From Octopus vulgaris (lineage: Eukaryota), in NCBI GenBank assembly GCA_951406725.2, contig OX597823.1:38336001-38398000 (forward strand): a DNA stretch of 62,000 nt, written 5' to 3'. The notes beneath the pieces were generated by a model that saw nothing but the letters and a program-made list of their open reading frames with translations, did no database searches and was not told the origin of the DNA. Numbering within the stretch: the first letter of the stretch is position 1; every line of letters starts with the position of its first letter. Positions 26,924 through 38,918 of this stretch are shown in pieces. Made by a program: the position numbers and the translations under genes.

Positions 26924-28694
26924 TAGTTGGCAGTAAAAAAGGTTTTGTGTGTGTGTTTCATGATGATTCTATTGGATTTAGGAATGAATTGTAAAGGTTA
27001 TAAAGAGTTGAAAAATAATGCTAAGTAGGCTTGTGGTTGTCTGCTTTTTTCCTTTTCTCTCCATGAAAAATATTCAAATGTATTAACCTAAGAATCGGTT
27101 TTAAACAGAGATGCATCTACAACTTCCACTAGCTCAATATATGAGCACTATTTCTAGGTCTAAGCTGGAACTTCTGAAATTCATAAAAGTACTTGAGTGC
27201 TAAGGAGGTAATTTGATTATCATTTAAATGATCTTGGTAAAATTTTGTTCCAACCTAAGCCATCTTGAGGAAGAAAAGAAAGAAAAAAAGTTTTTTAAGT
27301 GAAAATATAAACACCTGCAAATAAAACATAAATTGTTCCCCTGCTGGATATCTGTGTTGGCTTTGATTTTCAAATAACTAAAACCTAATGTTTTACTTAT
27401 TAACAAAATAGAATGTTATAGCATTTTATATTTTAACTGGAACATATCAATAAGATACCTGGAGAATATTAATAAGAAGTGGGTAGTTAATAATAAATTA
27501 ACTCTTAAAACTCTTATAAGAGTTGTCACCATCATCGTTTTATTTATCATCCATTTTGCCATAAAAGAACCACATTGTGGAATATCACCACTGCACTCAG
27601 TTCTATGTAATTTGTAACATTCAACATTCTGAGGACCATTATTATAACTTTTTACATATCTTACTATACTTTTTTATATTGTTCTTCTCTTCTTCCATCA
27701 GTTAATACCTTTTTATATCCAGCCGCTCTCTTAGGATGTCAGCATAAATGAAAGTTGGGTGAGCAAAGTGCAACATGTCTCATTCAACTTCAGTCTAGTC
27801 TCTACAGATCCTTAGCATTGAATATTTTTTTTTAAATGATTCATAGTCTATCGTGAATTTGTCTCCAGTAAAATCATATTTTGTCAGTTATGGTAAAAGA
27901 TTAAAATAAGTTTTATATTCCAATGAAAGTGTTTTATTCTAGTAGTCTATCTTAGATTTAATGAAGCAAATCATTACAGTGACAGCTTCATAGTGTTTCT
28001 AATTATACTTGTGACACTTGTTGCTCATATATTATGTTTTCCTCACAGAAATGAGGAAGATTTGTGTGTGTTTGTGTGTGAGATGTAAAAATGATATCAA
28101 ACCAACCAAGTGAAGTAACAAAAATAGTGTATTTGGCACTAATTGTATGCTTTACCCTTGTAATGCTTACCCAGAAAAAAAAGATTCTGTTCTAAATGTT
28201 GAACAAAACATAGTAAAATTTATTGAAGTACAAAATGATGCAACATAGAAACAACAAATTCAGTAAAATTCATTACTATAATTATACTTTAACATCTTCA
28301 TTGATTATTAATTATAATGTCATATGAAAGGAGGTCTCAGATATTTACTTTGCAAATATTTAATGATGAAATGAACTGGAAAATTTGTTTATCAGAGTTG
28401 AACTTGAGCATTTTTAAATAATTGTGATAACTTAGTTTTATACTTTTCTTTGCTGTTCTTCTTCATGACATATATTTGTGATGTCTACAGATACAGGGGT
28501 TTGGGGTGTTGTATGTTGTCTACATCACCTATAATGGATGTCACCTATCTTTTTATAATCATTGGGTACCTATATTACTTATATTTCTTTTTCTTAGTAA
28601 TTGGACTCAGTATAATAAATTTATGTCAAATACCTAATAATTTTCTATCTCTTTTTTTATTACACAAATACAAACTGTTACAAGTTGGCCTCAC

Positions 28695-29080
28695 GTAAAA
28701 AACACCATTCGAGCGTGATCATTACCAGCATTGCCTTACTGGCACTTGTGCTGGAGGCACGTGAAAAAAATATTCGAGCGAGGTCATTGCCAGTGCCGCT
28801 GGACTGGCTCCTGTGCAGGTGGCACATAAAAAGTACCATTTGAGCGTGGCCGTTGCTAGTACCGCCTGACTGGCCCTCGTGCCGGTGGCACGTAAAAGCA
28901 CCCACTACACTCTTGGAGTGGTTGGTGTTAGGAAGGGCATCTAGCTGTAGAAACTCTGCCAGATTAGATTGGAGTCTGGTGCAGCCATCTGGTTCACCAG
29001 ACCTCAGTCAAATCGTCCAACCCATGCTAGCATGGAAGGCGGATGTTAAACGATGTTGATGATGATGATGATGATGATGA
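28695..29080 (+). mobile_element. RTE-family 3' end with three ~65-bp tandem units
   Basis: Three CACGTAAAAA.CACCATTCGAGCG..TTGCCAG units, then the conserved tail and (GAT)n. Confidence 0.85.
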
Positions 29081-29084
29081 TTTA

Positions 29085-29230
29085 TGTTCAGAGTTCAAAT
29101 TCTGTTATGGTTAACCTTGCCTTTCATTCTTTTGAGGTTGATATAATAATCACCAGTTGAACACTGGGGTTAATGTAATCAACCACCTCCTACCCCAAAA
29201 TTGCTGGTCTTGTGCCAAAATTTGAAACCA
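29085..29230 (+). mobile_element. SINE family A, 5'-truncated
   Basis: GAGTTCAAATTCTG..CCTTTCATTC..GTGCCAAAATTTGAAACCA. Confidence 0.75.
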
Positions 29231-29315
29231 ATATACATACATAATATATATTTTTTTCTTTTCTTTATTTTCAGTTATGTGGAAATATTTTTGATTACTA
29301 GCAATAATAGCAACC

Positions 29316-29438
29316 ATGTCTCTAACTGACAGTGTTGAAGACAAACTTTCTGATCAGAAGGCATCTCCTGCTAGGAGTAGAGAAAGGTTATCCACCCCAG
29401 AGAAACGTCTGCATTTCAGACATAGTGAATCTGAAACG
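29316..29438 (+). CDS. First coding exon of an unidentified host gene (exon 29275-29438): MSLTDSVEDKLSDQKASPARSRERLSTPEKRLHFRHSESET
   Basis: Polypyrimidine tract and TTTCAG acceptor at 29274, ACCATG with an in-frame stop upstream, 41 open codons, and a G|GTAAGC donor at 29439 (phase 0). Confidence 0.8.
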
Positions 29439-30010
29439 GTAAGCATATTTATTACTTAACAATTAAATTTATGAAAGAAAATGACTTTAATGCTTGTTAA
29501 AAGTTCTAAATTAAGCGGAAATAACTGAAGATGGCTAATGGTATGAATTTAGATAAATCCGTTAAGGAGTAATTTACTGAAACACTGCCTGTTTGTTGAA
29601 TAAAGAAAATGAAACTTATAAGTAGTTGTTTTAATTAGAAATTCAGAATAAATTTCTCAAAAATATTAATTTACATACTTAGGAAAATATCTGATATTCA
29701 TTTTCAGGTAAGGAACATGTTTAAGTCTTATTGGACCTCATCAGTAAAGAATAGTTAAACTTGAGTCTGCTTTTAATAATTTGTATGATCAGAAAATGTG
29801 AGCCAAGGGAAATAACTTAATGAATGATGTAGGTAAAATAACATTTTGGTATGTCATTTCAGTACATCACACCTATGTTAGGTAGCCTTTCAGAGTGTAC
29901 CAATCTGACTCTGTGTGTGTGTGTGTGTGTGAGTCTCGCTATCTTGTGCATGTCTTATGTATCTGAGTGTGTTTCTGAGTATTACCTATCAGTTTGTATG
30001 TAACTGATTA

Positions 30011-30047
30011 TCCAACCAACCAACCAGCCAACCAACCAACCAACCAA

Positions 30048-30078
<31 letters not shown>

Positions 30079-30110
30079 ACCAGCCAGCCAGCCAGCCATC
30101 CATCCATCCA
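30011..30110. repeat. Compound tetranucleotide microsatellite (CCAA/CCAG/CCAT)n
   Basis: Read directly. Confidence 0.95.
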
Positions 30111-30712
30111 TCAATCTGTCTGATTGTTAATGTGTTTGTCTTCTTCTATGAAATTCTCCCTCTGTATCTATATGCTGATGTCTGACTTTCTGTGTGTTAA
30201 TCTCTAAGTTTGTTCTGCTGTCTGTCTGTATGACTACTACTTTGACTTACTTAGTATGTGAGTGACAGAGAGGGGGTGAATTAGATCATGTTTAAACTGT
30301 TGGATTAATATTAATCCAAAGACTTTTAGTTCAATTTCTGCTCGAGGTATTTTTTTAGCAAAGGCAAATAATGATTTTGGTCAACCTTATTTAACAACTG
30401 CATCTGTCTGTTCTTGACAGTTGCATGAAAGAAGGGTGTACTGCTATTTAACAATGAAGATACATATTTCAAATCATTTAAATTAAATAAACACACATAA
30501 AAAATATACTCTAAGCTGTGTGAATGTGTTATTGTTTCATTATGTCTCTATGTTAATGAATTATGAAAATATATTATCTATAACTAAATTTTATCAACCA
30601 GCTTCACAGCCTGATGGAGATGAATGACATGATGCTGTATCTATTTCTATTTGTTAAATTTCTTTCTCTCTTTCACACACATACACACATACACACACAC
30701 ATACACACATAT

Positions 30713-30878
30713 GCACATATATGATCATGTAAACAAAACAGAGTATATAACTGATAGTTTCACATAAGTCCCCTTAAACCTATGGTCATCATGTGTGCCT
30801 GCTTGGATTAGGTTTAAGGGGACTTATGTGAAACTATCAGTTATATACTCTGTTTTGTTTACATGATCATATATGTGC
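30713..30878. repeat. Perfect inverted repeat: 70-bp arms 30713-30782 and 30809-30878, 26-nt spacer
   Basis: The arms are exact reverse complements and extend imperfectly into flanking (CA)n and (TG)n. Confidence 0.98.
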
Positions 30879-31334
30879 GTATGTGTGTGTGTGTGTCTGT
30901 GTGGATGAGGAGTGTTCAATACATGTTGTAGAGGCTATAATTTTGTTTTTATTGTAACTGAAATTGGGATTCTCTCATGATTTGAGTTTCACTATTGCAA
31001 TCACTGTTTTTACCTAAAGATTGCAGTAGTGTGAAACTTGTGAGACAAACTTGCAGTTTCAATAAAAGCAAATACAAACACACACACATTTCACACACAT
31101 ATTTATGTATATCCAAACATGCAAAAACATTCCTCTCTTGAGAAATTATTTTGTTTTGTCTTTTTATATTGTTTGAATTTGGCTGGTAAGATTTGTAGAA
31201 ATAGGCTTGTAGCATTGGAAATTGTAATACCTCCACTTCAACCTATGAACTATAAGAGATAAGAAATACCCGAAATACTGGGAGTAGTACAGAAGTGCAG
31301 GCATAGATGTGTCATTAAAAAGACCACTTTGGAA

Positions 31335-31765
31335 TCATTTGGTTCTGGGTTCATTCCTGTCAAGTAGACACTATCAGTCAGTATCTTTTACTGTAGTCAC
31401 ATGTTGCCCAATGCTTTGTGAGTAAAATTTGGTACACAGAAACTCTAAGAAGCCCATTGTGTGTACATGCACACACCACATATATGTGTTTCTGTCTCCT
31501 TGTCTTGACATGTGCACACTAAGTGTAAATAAAGTAACCCTCATACAAATGTTGCTTGTTATCAAATCTCTATAAAAATATGTCTGTTCAATGAGCTGTT
31601 CGTCTTTCAAAAGTGTACAGGAAACATTTCCTTACTTGGAAACATGTCAGCTATAGAAATATCTGCCTTTGTCTAACCCATATAAGTATAGAAAACTGGC
31701 AGTTAAAACAATGATGAGGACCATGATGATAATGATGATAATGATGATGATGATGATGATGATGC
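31335..31765 (+). mobile_element. Decayed SINE family B followed by an RTE-type (GAT)n tail
   Basis: GGTTCTGGGTTCATTCC..GCTTTGTGAGTAAAATTTGGTACACAGAAACTCTAAGAAGCCC, homologous to 57220-57570. Confidence 0.55.
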
Positions 31766-32849
31766 AGGTGTGGATGGTAATAGTAGATTACAAAATTAAA
31801 CATTAGAGTATTTAGGGGGTTCCTCCTTTATCCAAAGTTGAAAGCTTGCTATGATTAATAAAATGTAAGCCAAGCATGTATTGGGTATTAATTTAATTTA
31901 TTTTTATCCTTTCCTGACAAATCTGTACCCTTAAACCAATATAAGAAATTATTCTTGTGAAACACAAAAGGTGACCAAAACCATAGATTCCATAATTAGA
32001 TGTCTTGTAACATGTATTTCTGTACCTTTGTTTCCTTAGTTCAAATTCTACCAAGGTCAACTTCAACTTTCAGTCATCTTCTTGCTGTCAATGCAATCAT
32101 ATGTCTCCTAAAAATTTGTGTTCTTGTCCCAATCTAAGAAGCCATAATTATAAATTTGGTGCAATGGGACATGGTCTAACTTCCCTATTTTTAGTTTTGT
32201 TTCTATATACATTCAGTGAAAATTCTCCTGGGGTCATTTTTGCCTTTCATCTTACTAGGATACCTCTATAAATTTATAGCCTAATACCAAACAAAATTGG
32301 TAGAGTACTCATCAAAATGCCTTGTGATATTTACTTATATTGCTGTAAGTTGCGAGTTCAAATCTCAGTCAGATAAAACTTTGTCTTCTTTGTCTTTGGT
32401 TTTCAAGTCAAACTGTGGGATTTGATTATATTGGTTGGCTATGTTCCTCTCACTAAATTTGTAGCTTTGTATTGAAGTTAATCATCTAATGACATTGAAC
32501 TTCAGAAATAGCAGCTGAATTCCTTTTACATTCTGAGTTCAAATCTAGCTTGTGTCAACTTTGTTAGTGATTTACATGTGGTCAATAAATTAAGTACTAG
32601 TTAAGTACTAGGTCAATATAATTGATTGTATTCTCTTTGAAAATATGTGGCTTTGTTTCTGTGTTAGAAGTAAATTTTTATGATAACTTGTAAATCCATC
32701 TACTTTTTATCTGCAGTGTAGTTAAGATTTTGGTCACATGCACATGTTGGAGTCAGTGAGTAAGCTAGTTTCATTATTTCTTACAAGAACTAGTCTCTAT
32801 CAAATATGAAGTAATTGTATTCATGTGACTTTTTTTAATTCATTCAACA

Positions 32850-34020
32850 GAACAAGCATTGGCATCTAAGAGACATTGACTCTTGAGGCCAGATTTTCAA
32901 TAGCTTTAATTTGAGCCAAATGCTTAATTTCTGGAAAGTTTATTATATTTTAACTCTGCTACCAATTTATAGAACACAAACCAACATTTCTCTTTTTTGT
33001 TTTTGTCTTTCTTTTTTCTGAAACATCAGACAACTTGAGGCAATATATCAAATACGCCAGTTATTGTACAGTTACACTGAGCAGACCCGTAATATGCAGG
33101 AAGTCAACCCAGTGATTAGGTGTGTCACATAGATCTAGTCTTTTACATATACCTCTCATCCACTTAATCAAGGAACATGCTGCACATTCCAACGTGCAGT
33201 GGTTAACTAATTGCATGGGGTGTAGGGTTGCAGTCCAAACCAGTTATTGTTGTTGAGTTCCAGGATCAGTACTGGATTTGAAAGAAAAGAGGTTCTACAC
33301 TATTCCATTTGTAAGTTTTTTCCTAATTCCCCTTGTTCAAGACTAGAACTATATATATACCTTGATTGGAGGCACTTGAGATTTCGAGGTTCTAGGCTTC
33401 AGCTTGCTCTGCCTATTAGTAAATCCATCACTACCCAGGTCAGCACTGATCCTGCAAACCTGTGTGATTAAAGCCAGTCCAGTAGTGACCATCTTGTCTG
33501 TTCTTTTTCAGATATAGTGCCTTTATCAAATATGTCCTTATTTTTTTTATTTCTTGGAGGTAAAGTGAAGGGCTCTCTCATAACTATATCCTGTTCCCCA
33601 ATGATTGCTTCTTTGTTCCTTGCATTTAATAAAACTTTTAGCATAGATGCTTTATTCAGATTCTCTTTCATAAGATGTGTAGATACATTCAGTTCATTAT
33701 TAACTTGAATACTATAATGACAACAATCTTTCCATCAGACAGCCTTGTATATGATTGTTCTACTGTCTTGTAATATGTATCTACTGATGTTCCTGGACTG
33801 CAACTGATGATATATAATAAACTGCCTCTGTTTCCACTTATAATGTGTATAGTTGTTTGATAAGCTTATGCATATTGTTGTTTGATTAATCTGGCAATAT
33901 ATATATATATATATGTTTTGAAATGCGAAGATTTGTAGCAGTGATTTGTTCAGAAAAGTCTCATTTATTCTTTGTATATATGTTAGTCTCACCATCTAAC
34001 TTAGAGGCATCTTGTGTTAA
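32850..34020 (-). mobile_element. Possible ancient LINE 5' region (ORF1 C-terminus and endonuclease start)
   Basis: KVLLNARNKEAII resembles the L1-type ORF1 C-terminal domain; LTTARWNVQ resembles the endonuclease start (LxIATWNV). Heavily disrupted. Confidence 0.3.
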
Positions 34021-34099
34021 TATGTGAGGATCTCATTTCTAGAAGTTTGCTTAAGTCGATCTACAAAATATCATCTTTCTCTGAGTACTTATTTAAAGC

Positions 34100-34293
34100 C
34101 TTTTGTTTCCATATTGCTATTGCTTCAATTAATTTTGGAAATATGAAGAATTTGATAAAACAACTTTGTCGTTATTAAGCTGATGTTTAAGACAAAATTT
34201 TGATGGAAGATTTGAATTTAGATCACTCTAAAGCAGGAAATTTGTATCAAGACTTCAGAGTAGTCTCAGGTGGTTTGTTATCAAAAGAGTTAA
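34100..34293 (+). mobile_element. TTAA-ended MITE fragment (same family as 3985-4170)
   Basis: Mutual similarity with 3985-4170; ends CAAAAGAGTTAA. Confidence 0.45.
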
Positions 34294-35230
34294 TGAATTT
34301 AATGTTAATTAGGATGGATTTAATAGCTTCATTTATGAATAAGAGTAGGGTCATTTTGTGTTTAACTTAGGGCTGAATGTTTTTGTGTTCTGTTTTACTA
34401 ATTTCAACATGAAATGACTATTTTCAGTCTGAGGTTTATGAAAATAATGCGTTGCCATATTTAAAGGTTTGTAGTAAGAGTTGAGTTTTAGAGTTGTTCT
34501 GCTTTGAATAAAGACTTCTTCATCTGCAAAGTTTTTCTGTGGTTATTTATGATATATAACATAGGATATATAAACATGATAAGAAAATCTTAAAAGTACA
34601 GTTACTTGTCAAGAGATATAGTTTTGAGTCAAAACTTATTTTAATTAGCATATCACTTCTCAAAGAAGTAGATAACGACTGGCCATGTCTTATCTTGAAT
34701 TTCTATGATGATAATTGTTATAAATGTAAGATGATCTCCTTTATGTCCTCACTTTGTTGATTTTGAAGAGAAGGGCAATATAGTGGCACTTCTTGTTGAG
34801 ACCCTCAAGAAAATTGATTGTGAAGTGACAGCTCAGTATTGATGTCATTTTTTGACAAAATATAAATGTTGTTGGTACTGCAGTAGTAGCTCTTGTAAAG
34901 CTCATGTCACATGAGGGAAATGGGCAAACATTTCTAGCATAACATTTTGAAATGATACTAGTTGAGGCTAAGATGTACAAGTTATTTAACCAGGACAAAG
35001 AGAAATGTATTACTAAACTTTATTTCATAGAATTGACTATAAAAGCCGTACATAGAAGTAGCTGCGGGCTTGACAACACGCAAGATGAAATGAATGAAAA
35101 ATAATTTATGAAATTGGTGAGGGAAGACAGACGACGCCCACTGATTGCTGCTTCCCGAAAACATTGTTCTTTTTACAACAACCAAATTGAGGTTATAAAA
35201 CTCTTAGTTTTATTCCTTTTGGATGCAAGG

Positions 35231-36669
35231 TCCTTAAAAATGAGGTACTAAGCCTCTTACATTTTTCATAAATGGGCCATATGCCCCCACAATATGAGGC
35301 ACTAAAAGCCTCTTAACTTTTTCTGTTATTTTCCAGTCTGCTGGTACCCAACCAGGCTCAATGCCTCACTCAAGCACCTCGATGGTGCTAGATCGAGGTG
35401 CTTCAGCAGGAAGCAAAAATGTGTCTTCGGGGAAGGAGTTCATCACCTTACACAAATCAGTTTCCCACACGACCTCTGCAGCTACCTGTGAAGGCCAATT
35501 AGGGTCCTTAGTGCAGGTTAGAACCCCTCCCCTCCGACCTTCTTTAGCAAACTTTTTAATAAAATCCTGAACTGTCCCTCCCTTGTGGAATAAGACTAAA
35601 AATGGCCTGGTTCCAGGTACAGGTAACACTTGTTGGGGGCGTCCCTCAAGTATCACCAGATACCTGTTACCAGCCTTAGTAAAAAAATCTGGGAAAACTA
35701 GATTTCTTGCAGCTGATTGGGTCCACATGGTCAAAGCAGCTTTTGACCCAACCCAATCAGCTGAGGGCAACATTTTCACATTTAGCAGCTTGGATCTGCT
35801 GCCACTCAGACCCCAGTGGATAGTATCTTCTATCCACTTGGATTCCATTCCAGGTGGCAACCCACAGATCCAAGCTCTTGTCAACTTCTTCCACAATATT
35901 TCCTGCCCCTACAAGGGCTGGCTCACAAACCTGCAAGCCTCCTCAGGGGTGTCAAACAACAGCCACACCATTGCATATTTGGCACACCTGGAAATAAATC
36001 TTATGGTTGGTAGATACTCTGCCAACTCTTTTTCAATTTCTATTTTTTTGAAAACGGCAATGGTGTCGAATGACTTTGAGTATGTCCTCAACACCACCAT
36101 CCTCTCCTCAAAGTCTTTCACCAACTCTTTTGGTGGGACAATTTCCCACTCCAAAACAGTGTCAATTTTCTTTCCATGTTTAGAAGAAAAGTTTTTAATA
36201 ATGTTCAAAAAGTACAAAAAAGACAAAAAAGAAAAGAAGGAAGAAGGAAAGAAGACAGTTCAAAAACACAGCGAACATGATTCCGGCCAACTGGTACTCC
36301 ACTTGTAATCCAGGAGTACAACAACAGGAACACAGCTCCACAAATTTCACCAAAAGTTGGTGAAAAAATTTCACAAATTTTTTTGGAGGCAGGATATGCC
36401 CCCAAATCAACACACTTATCATATCTAAGTGAGACACTTAACACAACTACAGGCAGACAAATGCCTGGAATCCAGTAGGGATTTCTTGTTTGAAAAAATA
36501 AACAACAAGCAACAAACCTCCACTGAATCCCAAAAAACAAATGCCTTACCTTATAGTTGCGCTTCAACAATTCATGATGCTGCACACCAATGTCGTGACA
36601 CCATTTAGTGAAAGAAAAACACTGACACGCGCATGCGAAGCAAGCGAGCTACTTACCACACCTTCTAAA
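35231..36669 (-). mobile_element. L1/Tx1-like element with 5' UTR and ORF1 but no ORF2
   Basis: ORFs 35909-36226 and 35366-35896 are RRM-like (RAWICGLPPG) and carry a frameshifted, decayed zinc knuckle (CYL[Y]LEPGHFxSY[S]). MKNVRGL near 35270 may be the endonuclease start. Candidate diverged TSD at 35216-30 and 36670-82. Confidence 0.65.
36628..36637. promoter_or_regulatory. NRF1-like palindrome in the retroelement 5' UTR
   Basis: CGCGCATGCG in a local CpG cluster at the 5' end of the element. Confidence 0.35.
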
Positions 36670-36784
36670 CTTTGATACCAGGTAGGTGTGGTTTCTTTAT
36701 CAAACTGTTATGTGTACAGACGATGTGGAATAATCAGAATGATTTCATAAAAGCTGGACTCAAAACATTTGTTAATTTTACATA

Positions 36785-36997
36785 TGTGGTGGAGGTGGCA
36801 GAATTGTTAGTTGTGCCAGGTGAAATACTTAGTGGCATTTTGCCTGTCTTTATATTCTGAGTTCAAATTTCATTGAGGTTGACTATGCCTTTCATCCTTT
36901 TGGGATTGATAAAATAAGTACCAGTTGAGCCCTGGGGTCAATGTGAACAACTTACCCCTCCCCTGAACTTGCTGCTTTTATGCCAAAATTTGAAACC
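36785..36997 (+). mobile_element. SINE family A with perfect 11-bp TSD
   Basis: AATTTTACATA at 36774-36784 and at 36998-37008. Confidence 0.92.
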
Positions 36998-38818
36998 AAT
37001 TTTACATACATGGTGACAATCCCTTTTCTCAACTGCATCAAAGGAGCAAGGCAGGATTTGTTGGCTGATATCTTTCCCTAGCACTACAGTGACATTGCTG
37101 ATAAAATGACGGACACTATTATCAAATATGAGGTAGAGTAGATTTATGTAGAAATGGAGGACAGTGTTCCACAAAGAGATTTTGATCATCTTCTTTTGGG
37201 AGGGATGTCTCTTCAGGATCTGAAAGCAATAGAATTGCAATACAATTGTGAATATTGAAGCATTGACCTTGTTGCTGCACCAGTAACTCCTCTCCATACA
37301 TTAATTGCAGACTAAATTTAGTGAGGTAATTAAGTAAGAGTTATTTTGCTTCCCAGTCAGTCCATCATTGAAACTGGCTGCTCAAAGCAAAGGAGATGAA
37401 AGATGAACTTTATGCTCACTGATGGGCTTGTTAGTGATGTTGAGCAGCCAACTACTTGCTGTATTCAAACATTTAGATACCATGGAGGTGACATGGAGCA
37501 ACAAATAGAAACAGAAGGTTAGTTGTGGAAAAACCAGGGTAAAAAAAGATAACTGAGGGTCATTTGTTGACCAACTTCTGTTAATTGTAAAAAAAAAAAA
37601 AACCCCAAAACATGCAGGTTTGTTCTATCTGCCAGTGCTTGTCTACAAAACCACTTGAAATAAGAAAGCCAATACCAGTGAATCACATGTCTGCAGGGAC
37701 TTTTACAAATTCAACAAATTGTCTACCTAACAGATCTTTGGGGATGACTACCTAGCAGAAGAGAGTAGTGTTACTGTGTGAGGGTAAAATAATGATAGAA
37801 TTGACAGGATCCAGTACCATTGTTCAAAAGTCATAGGTGATCTCTCATGGAGAACTTGTGTTCCAACCCAACCGTTGCTGTCATCTGGAATGTGAGCAGT
37901 CACAGAGTATGGTATATTGTCTTTTTATGTATTGATATAAAGGGGACAGAGCCTTTCAGGTAGACTGCTTGATGCATACTGGTATTGGTCATAAACTTTA
38001 GCGGCAGCCACCTGGTACTGATGATACCTAAGAAACTTTTGAGTTGCAGATTGTAACTTTTTGTTCTATGTAATGCCACTGATGTCAAAGATGTATTGTG
38101 AAACGGGCTAATTAAAGCAAGTTTTGAATCCATAAGATAATTCATGACTAATAATTATACTTTTCTATGTATAATTTTCTAATTATGTTTATGACCTTAT
38201 AAATAATCCCAGAAAGACTTTTTACTTGATGTCTTTATTCAAAGCAGAACCTATATGAAAATCTCTAAAAATCAACTGTCACTAGAAAAATTAAGGTATG
38301 GCAACACAAAAGGACACTGCACACTTTTACCATGAACCTTGGGTAAAAAATTTTATTTCGTGTTCAGATAGTTAAAATAGACCATTAGTAAAATACTCAG
38401 CCATAAGGGGAAAAAAATTATTGTGACCTCTCTATAGCTTATTCCTGTTGTATTTCTCATGTAGCTACCCCTGATTTACTTCTCAGATGCTTCCTGAACT
38501 CAAAAGTGTAAACATCTGTCATATTGCTTGGTTTTATAGCTTATATATGCTGGTGCATTGTAGAAATTGTGGTTTTTGCTATCTTCCTTCTTATAAGAAA
38601 CAGATTTTCTTGAATGGCAAATTAAGTATTCCAAATGTTTCTACTACATTTACACTATAAATGTACTCAGGATAAAGCAATTGCCATGACTTTTTGAGCT
38701 TTCTCTAGTCTTCCTAGTTTAATTTAAGTTTATTCATCTTACCAATTTATGAGTTATATTAGTTTTGGATAGGTTGCGTTCTAGTGTGAAAATTCTTGAT
38801 CAAGTTGTTTGCAAGGTC

Positions 38819-38918
38819 AGATATTTTGACTCTATGTTGCTGATGTATAATAGATATTTTGACTCCATGTTGCTGATGTATAATAGATATTTTGACTCCA
38901 TGTTGCTGATGTATAATA
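38819..38918. repeat. 33-bp tandem triplication
   Basis: AGATATTTTGACTCCATGTTGCTGATGTATAAT x3. Confidence 0.97.

Larger units (their letters stand above)
34428..38085 (+). pseudogene. Dead intronless ORF of unknown identity, split by a Tx1-like element and a SINE
   Basis: Long protein-like frames with sparse stops at 34428-35220, 36672-36784 and 37009-38085. Removing the SINE and one TSD copy joins ..FVNFT-Y-MVTIPF.. in frame. Confidence 0.6.

Noticed and set aside
27723-27759. Possible UTR exon (CCAG|...TGG|GTGAGC); similar candidates at 32716-32755, 47276 and 54074
   Set aside because: Splice-like motifs are common in AT-rich introns. The candidates after exon 1 have stops in the required phase or no supporting donor.
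28695-28900. Regularly spaced ~65-bp repeats, superficially CRISPR-like
   Set aside because: The units are whole tandem copies without unique spacers, lie inside an RTE 3' UTR, and have no cas genes nearby.
29520-29605. CTGAAGATGG...GAAACACTGCCTGT...AATAAAG, resembling a Penelope-type end
   Set aside because: Stems I and II do not pair convincingly.
29712-29752. Minus-strand CTGATGA-GGTC-caataa-GACT-TAAA-CATG-TT hammerhead look-alike
   Set aside because: G12 is replaced and stem I cannot pair (CTTTA vs CCTTA); at best a dead relic.
35583-36308. 241-aa plus-strand ORF, and other antisense ORFs at 2708-3106, 3309-3596 and 55532-56044
   Set aside because: These are shadow frames opposite retroelement coding strands.
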